Notes under the pieces: model-generated
What the model saw: the letters and a program-made list of their open reading frames with translations, nothing else
Databases searched by the model: none
Told to the model about the DNA's origin: nothing
Source of the DNA: Bacteroidales bacterium
GTDB lineage: Bacteria > Bacteroidota > Bacteroidia > Bacteroidales > CAIWKO01
Direction: 5' to 3'
Length of the DNA stretch: 64,000 bases
Assembly (NCBI GenBank): GCA_035354195.1
Contig: DAOQAT010000006.1
Location: 12,842-76,841 of the forward strand
Translations under genes and position numbers: made by a program
Shown here: positions 47,689 to 55,594 of the stretch, piece after piece
Numbering within the stretch: position 1 is the stretch's first letter
Layout of the letters: each line of letters starts with the position of its first letter

Positions 47689-48507
47689 ATGTATCAGGAT
47701 TTAAAGTTGTCGATAGAAGCAGCCTGGGACGACAGGATGTTGCTTAAAAATGAAAACACCTGTACCGCCATCCGTTCGGTTATTGATTTACTGGATCTGG
47801 GAAAAATCCGCGTCTGTGAACCTGCCGGTGATTCCTGGGTGTTGAATGAATGGGTGAAAAAGGCCGTGTTGCTTTATTTTCCTATTCAGCAGATGGAAAC
47901 CATGGAAGTTGGCCCATTGGAATTCCGGGATAAAATAAAACTGAAGAAGAATTTAGAATCCCTGGGTGTTCGGATAGTCCCTCATGGATTGGCCCGTTAC
48001 GGTTCTTTCCTGGCTCCGGGCGTGGTGATGATGCCGTCCTATGTGAATATCGGCGCTTATGTCGACAGTGGTACCATGGTGGATACCTGGGCTACGGTGG
48101 GTTCATGTGCACAAATCGGAAAAAATGTCCATTTGAGCGGCGGCGTGGGTATTGGCGGTGTGCTGGAACCCGTCCAGGCAGCTCCTGTGATTATCGAAGA
48201 TCATTGTTTTATAGGCTCCCGGGCTATAGTTGTTGAAGGCGTTCATGTAAAAACCGAAGCCGTCCTTGGAGCAAATGTGGTCATCACAAAATCCACCAAG
48301 ATCATTGATGTCAGCGGTAAAGAACCTGTTGAATTTCATGGCTTCATTCCCGAGCGCTCCGTGGTAATTCCGGGCACTTACCTGAAAGAATTTCCTGCCG
48401 GGAAATACCCGGTTGCCTGTGCGCTGATCATTGGCAAACGCAAGGAATCCACCAACCTGAAAACATCGCTGAACGAAGCATTACGCGATTTTAACCTGTC
48501 TGTTTAA
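47689..48507 (+). CDS. dapD: 2,3,4,5-tetrahydropyridine-2,6-dicarboxylate N-succinyltransferase
   Basis: Left-handed beta-helix hexapeptide repeats (GAYVDSGTMVDTWATVGSCAQIGKNVHLSGGVGIGGVLEP). Length and N-terminal domain are typical of the Bacteroidota DapD. Confidence 0.85.
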   Translation: MYQDLKLSIEAAWDDRMLLKNENTCTAIRSVIDLLDLGKIRVCEPAGDSWVLNEWVKKAVLLYFPIQQMETMEVGPLEFRDKIKLKKNLESLGVRIVPHGLARYGSFLAPGVVMMPSYVNIGAYVDSGTMVDTWATVGSCAQIGKNVHLSGGVGIGGVLEPVQAAPVIIEDHCFIGSRAIVVEGVHVKTEAVLGANVVITKSTKIIDVSGKEPVEFHGFIPERSVVIPGTYLKEFPAGKYPVACALIIGKRKESTNLKTSLNEALRDFNLSV

Positions 48508-48517
48508 AAAGTCTTTT

Positions 48518-49192
48518 ATGAGTATAGAAGATAACCTTAGAAATCTATTAAAAACCATCCCGGATCATGTAAAGCTGGTTGCAGTTTCCAAAACCCAGCC
48601 GGTTGAGCGGATCCTGCTTGCCTATAATGCCGGCCAGCGGATCTTCGGAGAGAACAAGGTGCAGGAATTAACGGAAAAGCAAACGCAATTGCCTAATGAT
48701 ATTAAATGGCATATGCTGGGACACCTGCAAACCAATAAGGTAAAATATATCGCACCGTTTGTTTCACTCATACACAGCGTGGACAGCATGAAATTACTGA
48801 AAGAAATTGACAAAGAAGCGGCAAAAAACAAGCGGATGATCGATTGCCTGTTGGAGTTTTACATTGCAAGGGAAGAAAGCAAATTCGGGTTGTCTATGGA
48901 AGAAGCCCTGGATATACTGAATTCAGAAGATTACCAAAACATGAGTAACATCAGGATCTGCGGCGTTATGGGAATAGCCAGCTTTGTGGACGACCCGGCC
49001 ATTGTTCGGGCTGAGTTCAAAACACTATCGGGAATTTTTTCCGAATTGAAATCGGAATTTTTCCCTGACAAGGAATATTTTTCTGAAATATCTATCGGCA
49101 TGAGCAGCGATTACCGGATTGCCATTGAAGAAGGCGCTACCATGGTGCGGATTGGTACAGCTATTTTTGGTGAACGGGACTATTCTAAATGA
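48518..49192 (+). CDS. yggS: YggS family pyridoxal-phosphate homeostasis protein
   Basis: LVAVSKTQP (PLP Lys), FGENKVQE, WHMLGHLQTNKV and MSSDY...VRIGTAIFG. Confidence 0.9.
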   Translation: MSIEDNLRNLLKTIPDHVKLVAVSKTQPVERILLAYNAGQRIFGENKVQELTEKQTQLPNDIKWHMLGHLQTNKVKYIAPFVSLIHSVDSMKLLKEIDKEAAKNKRMIDCLLEFYIAREESKFGLSMEEALDILNSEDYQNMSNIRICGVMGIASFVDDPAIVRAEFKTLSGIFSELKSEFFPDKEYFSEISIGMSSDYRIAIEEGATMVRIGTAIFGERDYSK

Positions 49193-49199
49193 AATAACT

Positions 49200-49874
49200 G
49201 TGGGTAAAAAGCTTTATTTAACAATCATTGTTTCTTTACTGTGCTTGTTTGGTGCAAAAGCACAAATCGGGATCAGCTATTTTTTTCCAGAAAAAGGCAC
49301 TTTCTCATTTCCGGTAGCTCCATTTTATTACAGCTATCCAATTCAGCCGGTTAAATACCTCAGATTAATTCCAACAGGCTCTATTTATAGTATTGGCGGG
49401 ATGTCTGTCAGGGGAATCCCGGCCGAATATGACAATTCCAAACCGTTGACAGGCCCGTTTTATGCTTTGGTGCTTAGTTTTATGCCGGCTTTATCCATTC
49501 CGATAAAAAATGTGGATATTGATCTGGGAGCAGGGTATTTCGGGGCTTACCAGTTTTTTCAGAAAATCAATTACGCGAATATGGATCGTATGATGCAGAA
49601 ATACGAAGGCTGGGATGCCTGTTCTTCTGATTTTACCTTTAAAAATAATATTTCGCACGGTTTTATTTTTGGACTGACCGTCACTATCTGGATCAATAAA
49701 AATGTGGCGATAAGCCCGGGACTGGCCTATTATTACGGGGGAAGCAAACTGGATTTGAAAGGTACCTACACCGGCGGTAAAATCAATGATCCGGTGGTAA
49801 CAAAGTATGTTGAATTTCCTGATTCAAAACTGAATTTTCGGGGTTTTGAAGCCCAGATCGGAGTGAGTTTTTAA
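49200..49874 (+). CDS. putative outer-membrane beta-barrel protein of unknown function
   Basis: GTG start at 49200 gives the signal peptide VGKKLYLTIIVSLLCLFGAKAQ. Alternating beta-strand pattern with a terminal ...AQIGVSF (C-terminal Phe). The ORF-track start at 49119 would overlap yggS. Confidence 0.5.
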   Translation: MGKKLYLTIIVSLLCLFGAKAQIGISYFFPEKGTFSFPVAPFYYSYPIQPVKYLRLIPTGSIYSIGGMSVRGIPAEYDNSKPLTGPFYALVLSFMPALSIPIKNVDIDLGAGYFGAYQFFQKINYANMDRMMQKYEGWDACSSDFTFKNNISHGFIFGLTVTIWINKNVAISPGLAYYYGGSKLDLKGTYTGGKINDPVVTKYVEFPDSKLNFRGFEAQIGVSF

Positions 49875-49879
49875 TTTTT

Positions 49880-50989
49880 ATGAAAACATTTAGGCTTTGT
49901 TTTTTTTTATTATTGGCGATCACCTTAAATTCATGCGGGATTGCCACACGGATTTTATTCTATAACAAAGCAGAACTTGATGATTATAAAAAATTTCCCA
50001 ACCGGCAGATACACAAAGGTGATTATACGTTCCGTTTTTATGAAAAAAACGCTACAAATAAGCTAGACTGCACGATCCCTTCAGAACTGTATCAGGATCA
50101 GCCGGGGTCTTTTGAAGACATTCTGAAATCAGACAAAACCGTGGCTTTCCTGATTATCCGGAACGATAGTATCATGTACGAAAATTATTTTGACGGTTAC
50201 GGCAAATCAGAAATCATAAATTCATTTTCCATAGCGAAATCGTTTGTAGCTGTCCTTGCCGGTATTGCTGTTAGTGAGGGCTATTTAAAAGATATTCATG
50301 TAAAAGTTACGGATTATGTTCCTGAACTTAAAGGTGATGGTTTCGGTCAGATAACCTTGGAACACTTGCTGAATATGTGTTCCGGAATCAAATACAACGA
50401 CGGAATTTTAATTCCTTATACCAACGTGGCCACCTATTATTACGGGACTCACCTGTTGAGTTATCTGAAGCATTTGAAAATGAAACAAAAACCGGGTGTC
50501 AAATTTGAATATAAGGATGTAAACACCCAATTATTAAGCATCATTATTTCGCGTGCTACCGGAAAAACGTTATCAGCATATTTGCAGGAAAAAATCTGGA
50601 TCCCGCTTGGTATGGAAAGCGATGCTAATTGGGTTGTTGATAATAGGAAAAATGGAATTGAACGCTCATTTTGCTGCCTGAATGCCGTCGCACGCGATTA
50701 TGCCAAGTTGGGAAGGCTTTGTATGAACAAAGGAAAATGGGAGGGTGACCAGATTGTACCTGAGGAATGGATGGAAAAATGCGCCCACCCTTCGATACCC
50801 GGGTTTAATGAATATTCCTATGATTTTTGGCAATACAAAAACGATACGTATTTTGCAAACGGCTATCGCGGACAGTTTGTTTTTGTAAACCCGAAAACGA
50901 ATACGATCATTGTCCGTCTTGGTGATAAAGAAAAAAATGTAAAATGGAAAGAAATGCTGTATTACCTTTCTGAACTCAAACAATTTTGA
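49880..50989 (+). CDS. serine hydrolase (beta-lactamase/transpeptidase-like family)
   Basis: SxxK motif SFSIAKSF. Lipoprotein-like N-terminus LAITLNSC. Late motif YANGYRGQFVFV. Confidence 0.75.
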   Translation: MKTFRLCFFLLLAITLNSCGIATRILFYNKAELDDYKKFPNRQIHKGDYTFRFYEKNATNKLDCTIPSELYQDQPGSFEDILKSDKTVAFLIIRNDSIMYENYFDGYGKSEIINSFSIAKSFVAVLAGIAVSEGYLKDIHVKVTDYVPELKGDGFGQITLEHLLNMCSGIKYNDGILIPYTNVATYYYGTHLLSYLKHLKMKQKPGVKFEYKDVNTQLLSIIISRATGKTLSAYLQEKIWIPLGMESDANWVVDNRKNGIERSFCCLNAVARDYAKLGRLCMNKGKWEGDQIVPEEWMEKCAHPSIPGFNEYSYDFWQYKNDTYFANGYRGQFVFVNPKTNTIIVRLGDKEKNVKWKEMLYYLSELKQF

Positions 50990-50990
50990 A

Positions 50991-52025
50991 TCATTTGTAA
51001 TAATTCTTAGAAAACCCCTGTGCGGTTTTTTTTCCGGCCCATACTTGTAACAGGCCTTTCCACATGCCCAGCCCGTACGCGATGATCTGAATGTATAATG
51101 TGATGATCGAGAGCAATGAGGTTTTAAGATTTTTATAAGTGGCAAAAGATTGGAAAAACGCAATGGCTGCTATGCCGACCATTCCTGCAGCAACAATCAG
51201 CCAAAGCCATTTCGGGAAAAACGGAAAGGGCGTGAGAATAACAAGTAATACGAACCCCGCAATGAGCAATGCGGGAATAAAATGCACCGGTTTGAACATC
51301 TGTTTGTCAATGCGTCCCAGGTTCACACGGGCAACGCCCCAGTTGAATATCTGCTTGTAAAACCGTTTCAGCGAGGTGCGGCGTTTATGGTAAACAAAAG
51401 CATTGGCTATCAGTCCAACTTTAAAACCGTTATTGTAAATCCGTGATGAAAACTCCATATCCTGTCCGTGCCGCAGGCTTCCCATGCCGCCAATTGTTTC
51501 GTAGACTTTTTTCGAAATGCCCATGTTGAAACTGCGCGGGTAGAATTTTTTCTGCACGGATTTTTTACTTCCGCGCGTACCGCCGGTTCCGATGAAGGAG
51601 GTCATGGAATAGTTGATGGCTTTCAGCAAAGGAGAAAAACTTTCATGGCAGGTGTCGGGGCCTCCCCAGGCATCCAGGGCGTTTTTTGTGATTTCTTCAT
51701 CTGTTTTCCGCAGCCATTCCGGTGGCAACATACAATCCGAATCAACAAAAATAAAATAGTCCCCTTGCGATTCACGCATGCCGCGGTTGCGGGCTTCACC
51801 GGGACCTTTGTTCTGTTGAAAAAGATAACGGATATTTAACCCCGATCCGGAATGATAATTTTTTATAAAATCTTCAGTGCCATCGGTTGAACCGTCGTCC
51901 GAAATCACAAATTCAAACTGTTCTCTCGGAAAATCAAGCTTCTCAGCCGAATCCAGCAGTTCTTTAATTTCTTCCAGCCGGTTATATGTTGCTATAATAA
52001 TGGAATATTTCATCTTATTTGTCAT
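50991..52025 (-). CDS. family 2 glycosyltransferase with C-terminal TM helices
   Basis: YSIIIATYNRLEEI, SDDGSTDGT and the DXD motif FVDSDC. 3-4 C-terminal hydrophobic helices. Confidence 0.85.
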   Translation of the reverse strand: MTNKMKYSIIIATYNRLEEIKELLDSAEKLDFPREQFEFVISDDGSTDGTEDFIKNYHSGSGLNIRYLFQQNKGPGEARNRGMRESQGDYFIFVDSDCMLPPEWLRKTDEEITKNALDAWGGPDTCHESFSPLLKAINYSMTSFIGTGGTRGSKKSVQKKFYPRSFNMGISKKVYETIGGMGSLRHGQDMEFSSRIYNNGFKVGLIANAFVYHKRRTSLKRFYKQIFNWGVARVNLGRIDKQMFKPVHFIPALLIAGFVLLVILTPFPFFPKWLWLIVAAGMVGIAAIAFFQSFATYKNLKTSLLSIITLYIQIIAYGLGMWKGLLQVWAGKKTAQGFSKNYYK

Positions 52026-52277
52026 TGCGCCTCTGCGTCTCCGCCGCGGCGGAGCGTCTCTGCGAGAACATTAAATAAAAAAATGTTGTTTTGTTTTTCT
52101 TTCCTTTCACTGCGTCTTTGCGTCTCTGCGAGAACATTAAATAAAAAAATTGACTTTTGTTTCTGTTTCCCTTTCTCTGCGTCTCCGCCGCGGCGGAGCA
52201 TCTCTGCGAGAACATTAAATAAAAAATAATGTTGTTTTGTTTTTCTTTCCTTTCATTGCGTCTTTACGAGAATAATT
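52023..52277. repeat. composite intergenic tandem repeat (about 3.5 units of 66-78 bp) carrying two copies of a GC-rich 16-bp palindrome
   Basis: The core TCTCTGCGAGAACATTAAATAAAAA starts at 52057, 52123 and 52201, with a degenerate copy at 52261. AATGTTGTTTTGTTTTTCTTTCCTTTCA occurs at 52082 and 52228. CTCCGCCGCGGCGGAG occurs at 52039-52054 and 52183-52198. Confidence 0.9.
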
Positions 52278-52278
52278 A

Positions 52279-54216
52279 TCAAAAATAGTTTTTAAGGTCA
52301 GCTTCTTTTGTTTTGTAATTGTCCGAATCTATGTACATCTTCTGCCAGATAGCCAATCCCGTCACGATCCACAAATAATTATAATGCCAGCGCATCTTCG
52401 GATGTGGCGAATGGTCCAGTATCCGCTTGATGTACCGGTAATTAAAAATTCCTTGTTTCTCTATAAATTCAGGTGTGAGAATAGCTTCGGCCGTACTTTT
52501 TAAATCTTTTTGAAATTGAATATAAGGATTGACACTGAACCCCCACTTTTTCTTGCTGATGATTTTTGGCGGAAGCTTTTGTGCCATGGCTTTGCGGAAC
52601 AGGTATTTGGTCTGGTTGTTTTTTATTTTAAGGTGAACCGGAATGGAAAAACCAAAATTTACCAAATCCAGATCAAGGAACGGAACGCGCTCTTCTACAG
52701 AATTGGCCATCGACATGCGGTCTTCCGTAAGCAGGTAATCATTGACCATTTTGCTCTGAAACTCGGTGAATAACACCTGATCCAGCGCATTTAAATGTTT
52801 GGAACGTTCAAAGAATTCATCAAATTCGGTATGGACTTTCTGACATTGTTCCTGCATTTGTTTGTAAAAATCCTGATGGTATATCTCTTTGTAAAAGCCG
52901 TTATCGTAATCCCATACATTACGCAGAATCAGATAAAAACGTTCTATATCGCCAATGGCAAGCAACATTTGCAACCCCCGCCGGTATTCATCTACTGACA
53001 AGATATGCGTGGGGCTTTGCATGTTGAACAACAGCCTGGATTTCCAACGGAAAACTTGTTGCAGCCAGGCAGGTGTGTGCTTATGATATTTGTTGAACGG
53101 ATAAATAAATTTATGGATGTCGTATCCGGCAAAAAGTTCGTCGCCGCCCAGCCCGCCAAGGACAACCGTAATATCTTTTCTTACAAATTTCGACATGTTG
53201 AAACCCTGCAACAGGTTTATTTTAGGTTCTTCGGCGTGCCATATCACTTCCGGGAATTGCTGCATCGGGTTCAACGTAAGGCTGAGCGTATGATGGTTGG
53301 TGCTGAAATGCTTTGCTATTTGCTCCGCATCAGGAAATTCATCCGTTGGTTCGTTGAAACCCATGGTAAACGTGTTGATCTGCGGCACACCAAGTTCATG
53401 CATTTTTTGAACTATGGTTGACGAATCCATTCCTCCCGAAAGGTAAACGCCCAGCGGAACATCGCTCATCAATTGCCGGTCGATAGCCTGTTTGATGTAA
53501 AAATGCATTTTTTCAACGGCTTCATCTTCGTTCATTTTTAAATCCACCTCGGGCTTTAACTCCCAGTAGCGCTGAATATGCACCTGGCCGTTTTCAAACA
53601 ACAAAAAATGGGCAGGCGGCAGGCGTTTAATTCCATCAAAAAGTGTTTCGTTTCTTTGGGTATAGCGCAGGTTCAGGTGGGAGTGGAGCGCGTTTAAATT
53701 TATGTTGCGGCTGACAGCCGGATGCAGCAATATACTTTTTTGTTCCGAGCCGAAGATCAGCAATCCGTTATGGAAGTAATAATGTACAGGTTTTACGCCA
53801 AAATGGTCGCGTACCAGCAGCAGCCGGTCGTTGTTCTTGTCTAACAAGGCAAAAGCAAAAATGCCGTTCAGCTTGTGAAAAAACGTACTGCCTTCTTCCT
53901 CGTATAAATGCACAATTACCTCGGTATCACTGGTGGTGTAGAACGTATGTCCTTTCTTTACCAGCGCTTCTTTTAGTTCTTTGTAATTGTATATTTCACC
54001 ATTAAAAATAATGCAGATGCTTTTGTCTTCATTGAAAATAGGCTGGTTGCCGGTGTTCAGGTCTATGATGGAAAGACGGCGGTGGCCCAGGCAGAAATCT
54101 TTATAGGTATGAACGGAGAAATCATCCGGGCCGCGGTGCTCGATAATTTTGAGCATATCCACCATCAGGGATGAATTGTCTTTGTTTTTTTCAACGATGC
54201 CGCAGATGCCACACAT
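52279..54216 (-). CDS. asparagine synthase-like glutamine amidotransferase (polysaccharide-locus copy)
   Basis: Start MCGICGIV at 54216 (Cys2 is required for Ntn chemistry). HRGPDD, HRRLSIIDL and the PP-loop YLSGGMDSS. Confidence 0.85.
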   Translation of the reverse strand: MCGICGIVEKNKDNSSLMVDMLKIIEHRGPDDFSVHTYKDFCLGHRRLSIIDLNTGNQPIFNEDKSICIIFNGEIYNYKELKEALVKKGHTFYTTSDTEVIVHLYEEEGSTFFHKLNGIFAFALLDKNNDRLLLVRDHFGVKPVHYYFHNGLLIFGSEQKSILLHPAVSRNINLNALHSHLNLRYTQRNETLFDGIKRLPPAHFLLFENGQVHIQRYWELKPEVDLKMNEDEAVEKMHFYIKQAIDRQLMSDVPLGVYLSGGMDSSTIVQKMHELGVPQINTFTMGFNEPTDEFPDAEQIAKHFSTNHHTLSLTLNPMQQFPEVIWHAEEPKINLLQGFNMSKFVRKDITVVLGGLGGDELFAGYDIHKFIYPFNKYHKHTPAWLQQVFRWKSRLLFNMQSPTHILSVDEYRRGLQMLLAIGDIERFYLILRNVWDYDNGFYKEIYHQDFYKQMQEQCQKVHTEFDEFFERSKHLNALDQVLFTEFQSKMVNDYLLTEDRMSMANSVEERVPFLDLDLVNFGFSIPVHLKIKNNQTKYLFRKAMAQKLPPKIISKKKWGFSVNPYIQFQKDLKSTAEAILTPEFIEKQGIFNYRYIKRILDHSPHPKMRWHYNYLWIVTGLAIWQKMYIDSDNYKTKEADLKNYF

Positions 54217-54329
54217 AATATTATTCGGATTGAAGAACAAAGATAGAATATTTTAATTTTAGTATTAGCATTTTAGATTTCAAAACCTGGTGTTGTGATA
54301 TTTTAATTAATTGTTTTGTGAAATTTTTG

Positions 54330-54337
54330 TACGTTTG
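54330..54337 (+). promoter_or_regulatory. -7 promoter box TACGTTTG
   Basis: Matches TAnnTTTG, 16 nt upstream of the ATG at 54353. Confidence 0.45.
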
Positions 54338-54352
54338 TTTCAAAAGAACATT

Positions 54353-55474
54353 ATGCCAGTAACTATAAAAATTGTCAGTTCAAAATCTGAACTTAAAAAA
54401 TTCATCTATTACCCGCTTGAGCTTCATAAAGATCACAAAAACTGGGTTCCTCCAATATTTTCTGAAGAATTTGCCTTTTATGATCCTACCAAAAATAAAA
54501 GCCTGCTTACCAACGAGCACATTCTGGCTCTTGCTTATGAAAATAACCGCATTATCGGGCGGGTAATGGGCATTATCAACAAACATTATAATGAGATTTA
54601 TAATATTAAAGATGCCCGTTTTTTTGCCATCGAATGCATCAATGATCAGCAGGTGATGCATGAGCTGATTGAATTTATAAAAAAATGGGCAGTATCCAAA
54701 GGAATGACCCGGCTGGTAGGGCCTTACGGATTTTCTGACAAAGACCCACAGGGTTTTATGATCGAAGGGTATGATCAAATGCCTTTAATTGCCACGAATT
54801 TCAATTTTCCATACATGGTTCAGTTATTGGAAAATGAAGGATTTTCAAAGGAGGTGGATTGTTTGTCATATAAAATGATGATCCCCGATACCATTCCTGA
54901 ATTGTACGATCAGATTCTGCAACGCACACTGAAAAATCATAGGTTGAGACTGCTGGAATTTAAACACAAGCGCGACCTGAAGCAGTATATCGTCCCGGTA
55001 TTTCGGCTGGTAAATCAAGCTTACAGCCCGATTTACGGTTTTGTGCCGCTGGACGAACAGGAAATGAAAGAAATGGCCGAAAAGTATTTTATGATACTTG
55101 ACTGTGAATTCGTAAAAGTGATCCTCGACGAAAACAACGAAGTCGCTGCTTTTATTGTTGCCATTCCGAACATGAGCAAAGGAATTATAAAAGCCAAAGG
55201 GAAATTATTCCCGTTCGGATTTATCCATATTTTAAAAGCTGCCAGGAACACCGACCAGCTTGATTTATTTCTTGGCGCTGTGAAGGATAAGTATCGCAAC
55301 CTGGGACTGGACGCCATGATGGGAAAAAGTGTCTTCGAATCAGCTTACAAAAGAAATCTCAAAATTATTGACAGCCACCTGATTTTAGAAAATAATGAGC
55401 TGATGAAGGCTGAAATTGAGAAACTTGGCGGTGTTGTTTATAAAAGATACAGGGTTTATCAGAAAAATATTTGA
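54353..55474 (+). CDS. GNAT-fold (double acyl-CoA N-acyltransferase-like) protein of unknown specificity
   Basis: The N-terminal pattern KKFIYYPLELHKDHKNWVPPIF...FYDPTKNKSL recurs in a Bacteroidota/Leptospira family annotated as N-acetyltransferases. ATG at 54353 chosen. Confidence 0.5.
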   Translation: MPVTIKIVSSKSELKKFIYYPLELHKDHKNWVPPIFSEEFAFYDPTKNKSLLTNEHILALAYENNRIIGRVMGIINKHYNEIYNIKDARFFAIECINDQQVMHELIEFIKKWAVSKGMTRLVGPYGFSDKDPQGFMIEGYDQMPLIATNFNFPYMVQLLENEGFSKEVDCLSYKMMIPDTIPELYDQILQRTLKNHRLRLLEFKHKRDLKQYIVPVFRLVNQAYSPIYGFVPLDEQEMKEMAEKYFMILDCEFVKVILDENNEVAAFIVAIPNMSKGIIKAKGKLFPFGFIHILKAARNTDQLDLFLGAVKDKYRNLGLDAMMGKSVFESAYKRNLKIIDSHLILENNELMKAEIEKLGGVVYKRYRVYQKNI

Positions 55475-55536
55475 TAAGTTTTCACAGTGTATAATCCAAA
55501 TAATTTAGAAATACTTATACAATACTATTGAATTGT

Positions 55537-55567
55537 AAAAAAAAAGCCGGAGAAAACCGGCTTTTTT
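55537..55567. terminator. bidirectional rho-independent terminator between convergent genes
   Basis: AAAAAAAAA-GCCGG-agaaaa-CCGGC-TTTTTT. The A-tract and T-tract allow termination from either direction. Confidence 0.7.
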
Positions 55568-55594
55568 GAATTGGATTAATTTTTCACGCTACTA

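Noticed and set aside
52015-52215. 66-aa ORF MFSQRCSAAAETQRKG…FFYLMFSQRR
   Set aside because: Its internal repetition (FFYLMFSQRR three times) simply mirrors the nucleotide tandem repeat, and it overlaps the GT2 start. I treat it as non-coding repeat DNA.
52023-52277. Possible CRISPR array (also considered for 59998-60107)
   Set aside because: The units are 66-78 bp with repeated rather than unique 'spacers', or 14 bp with no spacers at all. There is no regular repeat-spacer periodicity and no cas genes or leader in the window.
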